A stretch of DNA of 56,770 nucleotides, taken from assembly GCA_018400915.1 (NCBI GenBank), contig JAGYLW010000001.1, forward strand, positions 1 through 56,770, written 5' to 3'. The DNA is from Fidelibacterota bacterium (GTDB lineage Bacteria > Fidelibacterota > Fidelibacteria > Fidelibacterales > Fidelibacteraceae). This document shows, piece by piece, positions 1 through 9,887 of the stretch (within the stretch, counting starts at the first letter, position 1; each line of letters opens with the position of its first letter). Under the pieces are notes generated by a model. That model was given only the letters and a program-made list of their open reading frames with translations, was not told the DNA's origin and did not search any database. A program made the position numbers and the translations under genes.

Positions 1-368
1 TGGGCCTGGACATCGTCTTCCGCAAGGAGTTCTACGACCTGCTGCTCGGAGAGTTCTTCGACGAGAGCAAGACCGTGGTTATCTCCACCCACCAGGTCGC
101 CGAAGTGGAGAACATCCTGCAGGACGTGATCTTCCTGGATGAGGGGAAGGTTATCCTGCATGACTCCGTCGAAGACCTGCGTGAACGCTGGAAAATATAT
201 GAACTGCCGGCCGCCCGGGAGAAAGAGCTCCTTTCCCTCAGGGCGTATGACGTGCACCGCTCGCTCGGAAAGGTCCGCGCACTGGTCGAGGGAAATCCCC
301 CGCTGAGTGATGCGCGCACTTTCCTGGCCGCCGTGTCCGATATCTTTGTTGCCGTTGTCAATCAATAA
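1..368 (+). CDS. ABC transporter ATP-binding protein, C-terminal part (5' end outside window)
   Basis: Open from the window edge in frame 3 (codons from nt 3). Translation ..GLDIVFRKEFYDLLLGEFFDESKTVVISTHQVAEVENILQDVIFLDEGKV.. shows the ABC D-loop/H-loop region. Stop at 366-368. Confidence 0.75.
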   Translation, partial: GLDIVFRKEFYDLLLGEFFDESKTVVISTHQVAEVENILQDVIFLDEGKVILHDSVEDLRERWKIYELPAAREKELLSLRAYDVHRSLGKVRALVEGNPPLSDARTFLAAVSDIFVAVVNQ

Positions 369-381
369 AAGGGAGGTCGTG

Positions 382-1200
382 ATGGAACAAATATATGCCC
401 TGATCAAAACCGAATACCTTAAACGGAAAAATTCCTACTGGCTGCCGGTCTGGATCATCTCCGGATTCCTCGGCCTGATGCTGATCGCTCTCTTTATCGC
501 GATGCTGGCGAACGTTTCCGATATCCATTTTTTTAACGACGGGACGGGAACCCTGGCCGCAAGGACGGGATCCTACGGCCTTATGTTCTTTTTTGCGATG
601 ATCTACTTTATTTTCCTGGTGCTTATGTCCCAGAGCAGCCTGAACCGTGAAAGGCAACTGGGCTGCGACCTGTTTTTCCGCTGCCAGCCGGTGAATATCT
701 GGCGGGTTTGCGGTGTGAAATATCTCATGCATGTTTACGGCGGGCTTGCATGGCTGGCAGGCCTGGGCATCATTGCCGCTCTCATTATGGCCTTTATCGG
801 TCTTGGAACAGGGTTGGGCTTCCCCCTGGGGCAGGCGCTGTACGGATCTTTCCTCGGACTGCTGGCTTACCTGAAGGTGGCTGTTGTGATCGGAAGCCTC
901 CTTTTCCTGTTCTCCGCCGTTTTTACCCATAATGCCTTTTTAAAAGGCGTTGCCGTGATGGGCATTGCAGAGGGGCTTTTTGCCGTCACAGAGGTCATAT
1001 TCCGTCATCAGATCGATCTTCCCGGCATCTTCGGAAATCTGTTCGCCATGGTCGGGAACCTGAACGCAGAGACCATGGATACCGTAAAGATGAGCAGTGT
1101 CATGGGCGACCCCCGTTTTGTATGGGGACTGCTTTTTGCTGCCGCCTGTTTCCTGTCCGCCACCTTTATCTACAGACACCGGGCGAAAGACAGCAACTGA
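382..1200 (+). CDS. polytopic membrane protein, putative ABC-2-type permease partner
   Basis: ATG at 382 is preceded by GGGAGG (371-376) and lies 14 nt after the ATPase stop. The protein has several long hydrophobic segments. The track ORF start at 307 overlaps the upstream gene and is rejected. Confidence 0.5.
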   Translation: MEQIYALIKTEYLKRKNSYWLPVWIISGFLGLMLIALFIAMLANVSDIHFFNDGTGTLAARTGSYGLMFFFAMIYFIFLVLMSQSSLNRERQLGCDLFFRCQPVNIWRVCGVKYLMHVYGGLAWLAGLGIIAALIMAFIGLGTGLGFPLGQALYGSFLGLLAYLKVAVVIGSLLFLFSAVFTHNAFLKGVAVMGIAEGLFAVTEVIFRHQIDLPGIFGNLFAMVGNLNAETMDTVKMSSVMGDPRFVWGLLFAAACFLSATFIYRHRAKDSN

Positions 1201-1233
1201 TCCTTATTACACCCCCTTATCGTAAAAGCGAGA

Positions 1234-1283
1234 AGATCCTGCTTCCCACCGGATCATATCCACAGCGGGATCTTTTCGTCTTT
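1234..1283 (+). terminator. possible intrinsic terminator after the ABC pair
   Basis: AGATCCTGC (1234-1242) pairs with GCGGGATCT (1265-1273, one G-U pair) and is followed by TTTTCGTCTTT. The loop is long (22 nt), so the call is weak. Confidence 0.3.
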
Positions 1284-1370
1284 ACGTAAAAAAGTAAAAA
1301 AATACATTCTGCTCCCTGCGGCCGCCGGAGCCCTTGCTACCCCCTCCTGTATTTTATCGCTTTCATTTCT

Positions 1371-2123
1371 GTGCGGGGTCACGTAATTTCCCGCATGAAC
1401 TCACAACAGCACATTATCGGATCGGCCGTTTACCGGGTGTATTCCATCGGCTCCACCAACACCGAACTGCTGCAAAACGCGGAACGTTACGAACACGGTG
1501 CGGTGTTGACGGCCGCGTGTCAGACAGCGGGACGGGGGCGGTACCGCCGCAGCTGGCATTCCCAGAAAGGCGGCCTGTATCTGAGCATCCTCCTGAAACA
1601 CATTGACCCCTCGGGGACCCTTCTGCCTTTTTGCCTGCTTTCGGCCCTGGCGGTCGTCCGTACGCTGAGAACACATGTTCCCGCTCCGCTTTTCGTGAAA
1701 TGGCCGAATGACGTGTATGCCGGCAACCGGAAACTCTGCGGGATCCTTCCGGAAGCCGTGACCCGCGGAAAAGACACCCACGGGGTCATCGGTATCGGCA
1801 TGAACATCAATAATCCCATTCCTTCCGCGCTCCGCGATCAGGCGGTGAGCATGAAGGAGCTTACCGGCGGCGACTGCGACACCGGCAAGCTTTTTGAAAG
1901 CCTGATTCGCCAGCTTGATGGGCTTTATCAGGCCTTGTCTTCCGGCGGTTTTGCGGCGTTCCTTCCCGAACTCAACGCACTGCTGTACGGTAAAGGCAGA
2001 GTGCGTCCGCTCAACGTACACGGAGAAGCGCGCGATGTGGTCCCGCTTGCCTTTACGGAACGCGCCGGATTGTTGTGCCGGGAGAACGGGGAAGAAAAAG
2101 AGCTTCTTTTCGGCGAATTGTGA
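1371..2123 (+). CDS. birA: biotin--[acetyl-CoA-carboxylase] ligase, short form without an N-terminal HTH domain
   Basis: Motifs GRGRYRRSWHSQKGGLYLS and KWPNDV are typical of BPL/BirA catalytic domains. The track start is GTG 1371; ATG 1395 (MNSQQH..) is an equally plausible start. Confidence 0.8.
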   Translation: MRGHVISRMNSQQHIIGSAVYRVYSIGSTNTELLQNAERYEHGAVLTAACQTAGRGRYRRSWHSQKGGLYLSILLKHIDPSGTLLPFCLLSALAVVRTLRTHVPAPLFVKWPNDVYAGNRKLCGILPEAVTRGKDTHGVIGIGMNINNPIPSALRDQAVSMKELTGGDCDTGKLFESLIRQLDGLYQALSSGGFAAFLPELNALLYGKGRVRPLNVHGEARDVVPLAFTERAGLLCRENGEEKELLFGEL

Positions 2124-2208
2124 TCCACCGGCCATCCGGAACGACAGCCGCTTAATGCCCGCCCGGTCCCGGACATGCCGGAATGGCGAAGGGATATATT
2201 TTTTTGCT

Positions 2209-2970
2209 TTACTTTTTCCGGAACCAGGGGATCAGGATACTGGTTCTTCGCTTATATTCCCGGTAACCGGGATCCCCGCCCCACTTTTCATCGGCACGTT
2301 TTTCCACTGTCGGGATGCCGGTAAGGAAAAGCAGGATGAAGATGATGTAGAGAGGACTGGCCAGCCCCATCAGCATTTCGCGCGGCGTAAAGGACAGGAA
2401 CACAAGTACGTAAACGCCCACCCAGCAAAGGATCTCTCCGAAATAGTTGGGATGCCGGGATATTTTCCAGAGACCGCTGTCGATGAACTTTCCTTTATTC
2501 TCCGGTTCCCGGCTGAAGCGGTATTTCTGCGCATCGGCAATAGCCTCGATCAGCAGGCCCGCAGCCCAGATCACCAGACCGGCGTAACAAAGGCGGGGGA
2601 CTTCCGTTTTCATGAAAAGCAGCGCCGGAATGAGAATGATCCATACCGAGATGCCCTGCAGGAGCCAGAATTGCAGAAATTTCCAGAACGATTCCCGGAT
2701 ACCGTCGAAACGTCTGTCGCGTTTCATTTTCCCGATCCGCACAAAAAGGAATATCCCCAGCCGCAGGCCCCAGACCACGACCATGGCGGCGATCAGCGTA
2801 TTCCCGGCGGAAAACGGGTACAGGACCCATGCTGTTATTATCAGGATAATGAACGTCAGCGAATAGCTGAGGTCGGTGAACTTGTCCGTTTTGAACAGGT
2901 ATGCCGGAATGAACATGACAACATTGATCCCGACAGCGATAAACAGATAATGCCAAAGGTTCAACACCAT
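2209..2970 (-). CDS. DUF1295 / steroid 5-alpha-reductase-like integral membrane protein
   Basis: Multi-TM protein with the C-terminal motif SRHPNYFGEILCWVGVY, characteristic of the DUF1295/ICMT-like reductase-methyltransferase fold. Confidence 0.6.
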   Translation of the reverse strand: MVLNLWHYLFIAVGINVVMFIPAYLFKTDKFTDLSYSLTFIILIITAWVLYPFSAGNTLIAAMVVVWGLRLGIFLFVRIGKMKRDRRFDGIRESFWKFLQFWLLQGISVWIILIPALLFMKTEVPRLCYAGLVIWAAGLLIEAIADAQKYRFSREPENKGKFIDSGLWKISRHPNYFGEILCWVGVYVLVFLSFTPREMLMGLASPLYIIFILLFLTGIPTVEKRADEKWGGDPGYREYKRRTSILIPWFRKK

Positions 2971-3116
2971 GATCTCTTCTCCTTATTTAGTTTTTTATAT
3001 ATAAACGACCGTTCACAGGATCTTACGGAATTCCCTTCCCGTTCACAAATAAAAACCGGCCGGCGGCGGTCCCGTCCGGAACGTCCCTTCCGCCTCCCGG
3101 GAACATGCAGAAACCG

Positions 3117-5738
3117 CTATTTTTCCGATCTGAGAATGTCTTCCGCTCCTTCAAGGACATCCCTTAATTTATCGGCATCCTTCCCGCCCGCGGTGGCCAT
3201 ATGCGGTTTCCCTCCGCCGCCTCCGCCGAGCGCCTTGCCGAGTCCGCGTACGATATTCCCGGCCTTAAACCCCCGTTTTACAAGGTCATCGCTGACAACA
3301 CACAGCAATTGCGGAGTCTCCCCGATCACGGTGCCGAAAACCGCGATCCCGCTTTTCATTTTATTGCGCACCTTGTCCCCGAGGGCTTTCAGCTGGTCCA
3401 TGCTTTCGGCCCGGACGTCATTGATGTAAAGCGGCACGCCACGGTAGGTCTTTTTATTCCGGAAATACCTGTCGATATCCAGGGACAGCAATTTCGATCT
3501 CAGCTCCAGGTTCTCTTTCTCAATTTCCTTGATCTGCTTCTGCATGTTCAGAATACGTCCGGCTATTTCACCTTCTTCCGTTTTCAGGCGGGTGCGCAAA
3601 AGCATCAGGGTCTCCTGCCGCTGTTCCATCATCCGCAGAGCGGCCTCGCCGGTCAAAGCTTCAATGCGGCGGATCCCCGAGGACACGCTGCTTTCATTGA
3701 CAATGATGAACAGCCCGATATCGCCCGTCCGGTCCACATGGGTTCCCCCGCAAAGTTCACAGGAAATCTCTCCCATGCTGACAACACGCACCTCATCGCC
3801 GTACTTCTCACCGAAAAGTGCTTTTGCACCTTCCCGGACCGCCTCGACATAGTGTTTTTTCTGCGTTTTCACCGGGATATTCCGGAAGATCTTTTCGTTC
3901 ACTTCCCGCTGAAGCTCAAGGATCTCTTCGCGGTGAAGCTTTCTGAAGTGGGTGAAGTCAAAACGCAGCCGCTCCGGTCCCACATAACTTCCTGCCTGTT
4001 TTACATGTTCTCCCAGCAAATTCTCCAGGGCAGCGTGCAGCAGATGGGTTGCGGAATGATTCCGCGCCGTATCCAGCCGCTTCCCTTCGTTCACCTGCAG
4101 TTCAAGATCATCGTACTTCAGCACATCCTGCACGATATCGCCCGGAACGACATGGACAATGTCATTGTGCATTTTCTGCGTGTCCACGACCGGAAAAGTT
4201 TTGCTTCCGTGCCTTGTCTGCATGCGGATGTGTCCCTTGTCACCGATCTGCCCGCCGGCTTCGGCATAAAAGGGCGTCCTGTCAAATACAAGATAGGAAT
4301 TTTCGCTGTCGGTGGCATATTTGAGCAGGCGGGAACGGGTGGTAAACGTGTCGTAACCGTCGAATTCCGGCTCCCGGTTTTCCAAAAGCACGGTCCAGCC
4401 GAGCTTTTCAACGGACCTTTGTCTGAATTTTCCTGCAGCCCGGGCGCGTTCACGCTGGGCTTCCATCAGGCGGTCGATCTCCGCTTCATCCATGGAAAGC
4501 CCTTTTTCCTCCGCCAGCAGGCGGGTCAGGTCAATGGGGAAGCCGTAGGTGTCGTACAGCTGGAATACATCCTTGCTCCGCAGCTGCTTACCGGACGCTT
4601 TTTGCGCTTTTTTCGCAAAGCGCTCAAAAAGTTCGAGCCCCTTGTCAAGGGTGTTCCCGAAAGATTCCTCTTCCGCGCGTATGATCCGCTGGATGTACTC
4701 CCGCTGTACCCTGAGTTCGGGATAGACGTCCCCCAGGATATGTACGACCGCCGGCACAAGCCGGTAGAGGAAAGGCTCTTTCATCCGCAGTGTTCGTCCG
4801 AACCGCGCAGCCCGCCGCAGGATCCGGCGCAGCACATAAGCCCGGCCCTCGTTCCCGGGGATGGCTCCGTCGGCAATGGCAACGGAAAGCATACGGATAT
4901 GATCTGCGATCACCCGGTGGGGCATACCGTCCCGCCCCTGTTCATAGGCAATATTCGACAAGGTCTCTATCTGTTCAATAACGGGCCTGAACAGATCCGT
5001 CTCATAATTGCTGTGCTTGTCCTGGAGGACGGCCACGATCCGTTCAAATCCCGCGCCGGTATCGACATGTTTCTGTTCCAGCGGTTCCAGCTTTCCGTCC
5101 GGAGTAGCATTATACTGAATGAAGACCAGGTTCCACAGTTCCATGTAATCCGGGTCGCCGCGGTTCACTTTTGCGGGATCCTGGTGCTCCGGATCGTTGC
5201 CGCAATAATAATGGATCTCCGAACAGGGACCGCAGGGGCCGATGTCTCCCATGGACCAGAAATTGTCCTTTTTGCCGAATTTCAGAAGGTGGTCCTCCTG
5301 AAGCCCCGGGATCTTCCTCCAGATCTCCAGCGCCTCGCCGTCATCGTGATAGACGGTGGCGTAGAGCCTGCCCGGGTCTATTCCCCACACCTCCGTGAAC
5401 AATTCCCAGGCCCATTCGATCGCCTCTTTTTTATAATAGTCGCCGAAACTCCAGCTTCCGAGCATTTCAAACATCGTATGGTGGTAATGGTCGCGCCCCA
5501 CTTCTTCAAGGTCATTGTGCTTGCCGCTGACGCGGATGCACTTCTGCGTATTCACCACCCGCTTGTAGGGCGGTTTCAGTTCACCGAGAAAATACGGTTT
5601 GAATGGGTTCATCCCCGCATTCGTAAATAACAGCGTCGGGTCATTCTGGGGGATCACGGGTGCGCTCGGGATCCGCGTATGTCCCCGCTTTGTTTCAAAA
5701 TAGTCAATGAATTGCTGCCGTATCGTTTTGGAATCCAT
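3117..5738 (-). CDS. alaS: alanine--tRNA ligase
   Basis: 873 aa. N-terminus FIDYFETKRGHTRIPSAPVIPQNDPTLLFTNAGMNPFKPYFLG, editing-domain HSATHLLH and CGGTHV, and a C-terminal GGGGGGKP DHHA1-like tail. Confidence 0.97.
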   Translation of the reverse strand: MDSKTIRQQFIDYFETKRGHTRIPSAPVIPQNDPTLLFTNAGMNPFKPYFLGELKPPYKRVVNTQKCIRVSGKHNDLEEVGRDHYHHTMFEMLGSWSFGDYYKKEAIEWAWELFTEVWGIDPGRLYATVYHDDGEALEIWRKIPGLQEDHLLKFGKKDNFWSMGDIGPCGPCSEIHYYCGNDPEHQDPAKVNRGDPDYMELWNLVFIQYNATPDGKLEPLEQKHVDTGAGFERIVAVLQDKHSNYETDLFRPVIEQIETLSNIAYEQGRDGMPHRVIADHIRMLSVAIADGAIPGNEGRAYVLRRILRRAARFGRTLRMKEPFLYRLVPAVVHILGDVYPELRVQREYIQRIIRAEEESFGNTLDKGLELFERFAKKAQKASGKQLRSKDVFQLYDTYGFPIDLTRLLAEEKGLSMDEAEIDRLMEAQRERARAAGKFRQRSVEKLGWTVLLENREPEFDGYDTFTTRSRLLKYATDSENSYLVFDRTPFYAEAGGQIGDKGHIRMQTRHGSKTFPVVDTQKMHNDIVHVVPGDIVQDVLKYDDLELQVNEGKRLDTARNHSATHLLHAALENLLGEHVKQAGSYVGPERLRFDFTHFRKLHREEILELQREVNEKIFRNIPVKTQKKHYVEAVREGAKALFGEKYGDEVRVVSMGEISCELCGGTHVDRTGDIGLFIIVNESSVSSGIRRIEALTGEAALRMMEQRQETLMLLRTRLKTEEGEIAGRILNMQKQIKEIEKENLELRSKLLSLDIDRYFRNKKTYRGVPLYINDVRAESMDQLKALGDKVRNKMKSGIAVFGTVIGETPQLLCVVSDDLVKRGFKAGNIVRGLGKALGGGGGGKPHMATAGGKDADKLRDVLEGAEDILRSEK

Positions 5739-5886
5739 GCTTTCCCCTTTTTAAGGTCTCGGGTTGCGTGAAGTGGGTAAATTTAGTGAAAGGACGGGGG
5801 AATTGAAAGATATTTTGGATCTGCGGCCCTCAGCTTCCCGGGCACTCTGAACATGCATGCTCCGTGATATTCCGGAGATCCTGCGG

Positions 5887-8232
5887 TCATTCGACCGCAA
5901 ATTTCGCCGTGCTTTTCAACCCGTCGATATTCTCGGCAAAAACAAGATAGATGCCCCGGGGAATATGTTTCCCGTTATCAAGCCGGCCGTCCCAGATGAT
6001 CTGCTTCCCCTTGTTCTCGGGACTTTCCGGGAAGAACTGTTTCACCACCCGGCCGTCAAGCGTGCTGATCACGACCTGGGTTTGGTCCGCCAGCCCGTCA
6101 ATGACAAGATATGCGTCCCTGTCCGGCTTGTACGGCTGCGGGAATATCTCCGGTACTTCCATTTCCGTGCGCGCTTCCGTCCATGCGGTCTCATACCTGC
6201 TGAGTCCGGATTCCGTGAGGATATAGGCGTACCCCTCCCGGGTATCGAACACAAGGTCGTAGACAATGTCATCCGGCAGGCCGGAATTGCCGCTGCGCAG
6301 GCCGTTCCCCTGGTTAAACCAGGTGCTGTTGGTCAGGTAGATCTGAATTCCCTGGTTTTGCGTCAGTATCCATTTGTTCCCTCTCGGATCGATACGGATC
6401 TTTTTCGGAACGATCCCGCTGAGACCGTCAAGGGGAGGATTAAGCTGAAAATTTTCCGCCGTCGCAAGGGACGAAGGGGCGCGGATCATCTGCACGCCGG
6501 AAGCGGTGGCCGCCCAGATATTTCCGGTAAGGGGGTCCATATCCACGGAGAATACATCATTGCTGATCAGTCCGTCGGAGCTTGTAAGCAGCCTCCAGAC
6601 GTCATGCTGCGGATCATAGACGGTGATCCCGCCGTCCGTGCGCGGCACATCCCCCTGGCGGGCCTCATTGGCGATCCACAGATGCCCGTGGGTGTCAAAG
6701 ACCATCTCTCTTGCCAGTATCTGCAGTTTGTCCCCGGATTCCTCCCTGGAAAATTTCCGGATACTGCCGTCGGGACGAAACAGAATAAGGGGCATTGCTT
6801 CGAGCGTATGTACGTTGAGCGCCCATATGTTGCCGAACGCATCTTCCCGGATCCCCCGCATTTTCAGATAGTGGGGGCTTCCGCCCAGCTCCTGTGTCCC
6901 CGTGATCAGGCCCCCGCTCGTATCATAAACGGTATAGTCAAAAACATCGCCGAGATCGATCCGCACAAGCGCCCCGGGGCCTTCGGCTTCGGGACTCTGA
7001 TCCGGCACCGGCAGGGCCGAGATGTCGGTGACCGTATAGAACAACTCTCCCCGGCCGGAAACGAGCGCGTCATAAACAGCGGTCTGGCCGCCGGTCCGAT
7101 AGGCAATATTCAGCGTATCCGCCGAATATTCGCCACTTTCCCTTTCCCCTCCCGAAACTTCTTTCACGGGAGAAAAAACAAGATTATGCCAGGACCTGCC
7201 GTCAAGAATGGACACACCGCTCAATCCGCAAACGGCAACCCGCTGCTCGTCCGTGATCGCCAGCGCATTCGCCCGGAGAGGCAGCATGCTGTTCGGAATA
7301 AAACGTTCCTGCTCCCCGCCGCCGGGCGTCACCCGCAAAAGCCCCCGGTTCTCCGGTGCCAGCCAGAGGGTGTCGCCCTGCATGCAGAAACCGCTCAGCC
7401 TGTCTTTCCCTTCATATGTCTTTTCGGCGGCAAATACATTGTAAACATCATGTTCCGTTGCCAGGTACAGCGCGTCGCCCTGCCGGTAAAAGCTCTGCGG
7501 GGCATCTTCCGCGGTAAACAGCAACGCTTTGTCCCCTTGATAATAACGGTACAGGGCCTGATCCTCATCGGCATAATACAGGCTGTCGCCAAAAGCAAAA
7601 AGCTTGTGCACCGTTTCGTTCACGGAAGGCAGGGGGGACCATGCGGCCGCTGGTTTTAAATTGGCGCTGTGCAGCCACCCCCTGTATATACCTCCGTCGG
7701 AGGCGATAAAAATACTGTCCCCGGCAACGGCAATATCATGAATTTCCCCGGGGGACCCCGGGAACTGGTTATACGTATCCTTGAAAATATACCGGCGGTT
7801 ATATTTGATAAAATGCGCGATCCCGGGACTCAGATCATTCATAAACAGCGCAAAAACATTCGTGCTGTCGCCGGCGAAGGCACTGACAAAGCGGAATCCC
7901 AGCGCAAAAACATCTCTGCGACCGTCTTCCGTAACACAGCTGATACCTTCCCGGTTTCCCCGGTAGGAGAACCATTCCGAGCCGTCATCGTTCACATAAT
8001 AGCGTCGCAGTCCTATATGCCCGGGGTGTTCCGGAACTTCCGCCGCTGAAAAACGCTCCCTGTAAAGATGAAAATTGGTCAGGCCTCCGCCGCTGGCGGC
8101 CCGCAAATGCTCTCCGTCGATACGAAGATCGCTGAGTGTGAGCCGGGGACCGAAATGCTCCCAGTCGCCGACGATCCCCCACAGAAAGCCTGCCAGGCTT
8201 AGCAGCAAAAAAAGTGCGGAAAGACGCTTCAT
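5887..8232 (-). CDS. secreted beta-propeller repeat protein with FlgD-Ig/T9SS-like C-terminal domain
   Basis: Signal peptide MKRLSALFLLLSLAGFLWG. Repeated GN[IK]W(I/A).T..G motifs resemble two-component-regulator propeller repeats. The C-terminus ..GKQIIWDGRLDNGKHIPRGIYLVFAENIDGLKSTAKFAVE resembles FlgD Ig-like/Por sorting domains. The start overlaps the upstream stop by 4 nt. Confidence 0.6.
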   Translation of the reverse strand: MKRLSALFLLLSLAGFLWGIVGDWEHFGPRLTLSDLRIDGEHLRAASGGGLTNFHLYRERFSAAEVPEHPGHIGLRRYYVNDDGSEWFSYRGNREGISCVTEDGRRDVFALGFRFVSAFAGDSTNVFALFMNDLSPGIAHFIKYNRRYIFKDTYNQFPGSPGEIHDIAVAGDSIFIASDGGIYRGWLHSANLKPAAAWSPLPSVNETVHKLFAFGDSLYYADEDQALYRYYQGDKALLFTAEDAPQSFYRQGDALYLATEHDVYNVFAAEKTYEGKDRLSGFCMQGDTLWLAPENRGLLRVTPGGGEQERFIPNSMLPLRANALAITDEQRVAVCGLSGVSILDGRSWHNLVFSPVKEVSGGERESGEYSADTLNIAYRTGGQTAVYDALVSGRGELFYTVTDISALPVPDQSPEAEGPGALVRIDLGDVFDYTVYDTSGGLITGTQELGGSPHYLKMRGIREDAFGNIWALNVHTLEAMPLILFRPDGSIRKFSREESGDKLQILAREMVFDTHGHLWIANEARQGDVPRTDGGITVYDPQHDVWRLLTSSDGLISNDVFSVDMDPLTGNIWAATASGVQMIRAPSSLATAENFQLNPPLDGLSGIVPKKIRIDPRGNKWILTQNQGIQIYLTNSTWFNQGNGLRSGNSGLPDDIVYDLVFDTREGYAYILTESGLSRYETAWTEARTEMEVPEIFPQPYKPDRDAYLVIDGLADQTQVVISTLDGRVVKQFFPESPENKGKQIIWDGRLDNGKHIPRGIYLVFAENIDGLKSTAKFAVE

Positions 8233-9065
8233 TCTTTTGCGACCTTTACCACGATGCCTTCCTCGGAAGGATATTGTTCCTTCAGTCTGGAGAGGGCCTG
8301 TTTTGCTTCCTGGTATCCTTCATAGGCCCCGATCCTCACGAGGTACAATGTTCCGCTGCTTCCCCGGCGTATCTCGATCTCTGTGGGAAACCCCTTGTCC
8401 TCAAAGAATTCCTGCCGTCTCACAGCATTGTCCTTCAGGGAAAAGGCGCCGACCTGGATCCGGTAGTTGATCGTTCTCTCCGGAACGGGTTCACTTTCTG
8501 CCGGCACGGTTGCCGGGGGACTTTTCCGTTCCGGCGATGCTTCCCCCTCCGGGACCGCCTTTACGGCCGGATCCCCCTTGACCGGCGGCGGAGAATAATT
8601 CATCAGGACCGAATGTTTACCCTCGTTTGTCTTTCCGGGGGATTCGGCGATCAGTTTCTGTGCCCGTGAGAGCACAAGACGGTAATAGCTGTCATTGCGG
8701 ATGGGATCATGTTCTTCCACTGCACGGCGCAAATAATGCAGGCCGTTGTCGTCGCGTTTATTGACAAAGGCATAATCCGCCAGCATCACACAGAGGTAGG
8801 CCCTTACGATCCCGGACTCACTGTCTTTCAAATACTGCTCCGCCTGGGACACCACGATCTCGCCGTCCGGCTCCAGAATGAGATTAAAAAGCCTGGCGGC
8901 TTCTTCCTGCGCAGCGTCTTCGCTGTACGCACTGACAGAATCGCGTCCGTATCCCTCAAGGATCTTCAGGATATCTTCCGCGTTCAGGCGGGGCGCCAGA
9001 AATACCACCGTGCCGAGAAGGAAAAGAAAAATACGTTGACCTGCTTTTTTCATCATCGGTTTCAC
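8229..9065 (-). CDS. SPOR domain-containing secreted protein
   Basis: N-terminal signal-like segment. The C-terminal YRIQVGAFSLKDNAVRRQEFFEDKGFPTEIEI..LYLVRIGAYEGYQEAKQALSRL matches the SPOR peptidoglycan-binding repeat pattern. Confidence 0.65.
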   Translation of the reverse strand: MKPMMKKAGQRIFLFLLGTVVFLAPRLNAEDILKILEGYGRDSVSAYSEDAAQEEAARLFNLILEPDGEIVVSQAEQYLKDSESGIVRAYLCVMLADYAFVNKRDDNGLHYLRRAVEEHDPIRNDSYYRLVLSRAQKLIAESPGKTNEGKHSVLMNYSPPPVKGDPAVKAVPEGEASPERKSPPATVPAESEPVPERTINYRIQVGAFSLKDNAVRRQEFFEDKGFPTEIEIRRGSSGTLYLVRIGAYEGYQEAKQALSRLKEQYPSEEGIVVKVAKE

Positions 9066-9075
9066 ACCCTTATGG

Positions 9076-9570
9076 TTATTTTTGTTCCCGTTTCCCCGTC
9101 CGGCCTTTGATCAGCAATTCCGAACTGGAATATCCGGGAATGCGCGGGAATATCAGCACCCTTCCTCCGTTTCCCCTGACCGTATCCGCACCCACGATCG
9201 TTTCCGGACGGTAATCGCTTCCTTTGACCAGCACGTCCGGCCGCAGATAAGCGATGATCTTCCCGGGGGTCCGCTCTTCAAAGATCACGACCGCATCCGC
9301 ATGGCCGCTTTGCAGAATATCATGCGCCCGCCTGTCCGCACCGTACTGCGGCCGGTCCTTCCCCTTGAGTTCGTGTACGCTGTTATCGCTGTTCAGCCCC
9401 ACAATAAGACGATCCCCCTGCTTCCGGGCAAATTCCAGGAGGGCAAGATGGCCGGCATGCAATCCGTCAAAACAACCGTTGGTAAAGACAAGGCGGTCTT
9501 TGTCCGCTTTCCATTTTTTGCAGAGATGCAGAAGATCCCGCCATTCCGTTGTGTTAAAGACGTGTTTCAT
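9076..9570 (-). CDS. cytidylyltransferase-fold adenylyltransferase, RfaE/HldE domain II-like
   Basis: FTNGCFDGLHAGHLALLEFARKQGDRLIVGLNSDNSV is the (H/T)xGH nucleotidyltransferase signature of heptose-1-phosphate adenylyltransferase domains. I prefer ATG 9570 (MKHVF.., about 164 aa). The track ORF runs on to 9765, but that extension is Arg-rich and not protein-like. Confidence 0.6.
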   Translation of the reverse strand: MKHVFNTTEWRDLLHLCKKWKADKDRLVFTNGCFDGLHAGHLALLEFARKQGDRLIVGLNSDNSVHELKGKDRPQYGADRRAHDILQSGHADAVVIFEERTPGKIIAYLRPDVLVKGSDYRPETIVGADTVRGNGGRVLIFPRIPGYSSSELLIKGRTGKREQK

Positions 9571-9887
9571 TTTTCGGAAATGTACGAATTTTTCGGAAAT
9601 GAAACCATGAAAAAAATCAATCCTTTTCCCCTGCCTGCGGTCCGTCATGTAAAAGAGGGCGGAACGGCCATGATCGCCGCGGTGCCGAAGGATCTGCCTC
9701 TCCGGCATCAGCAGTGTAGACGAAGACATGAAAGCGCTTCTCGGCTGATTAAAAAAACGCACCACGGACGGTACCGGCGGCGGAGCGGGTCCCGTGACGC
9801 CTTCCAGGGCCTTTCTTTGGCCTTTTATTTCTTTGTATTCTCCTGCAATATTCGTAAAATATCAGCTATTTGGGGAGAATAGCTTGT

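Noticed and set aside
3201-5630. Very long antisense ORFs opposite real genes: 809 aa opposite alaS, 5857-7659 opposite the propeller gene, 21200-22651 opposite the receiver/PEP-binding-domain gene, 38902-40155 opposite the transglutaminase-like gene, 41456-43018 opposite the S41 protease gene, and 1915-3429 spanning three genes.
   Set aside because: Their translations are low-complexity and Arg/Pro/Gly-rich, with no recognisable motifs, while the opposite strand encodes clearly conserved proteins. They are shadow ORFs, which appear when TTA/CTA/TCA codons are rare in the sense frame. This reflects codon bias and does not indicate overlapping genes.
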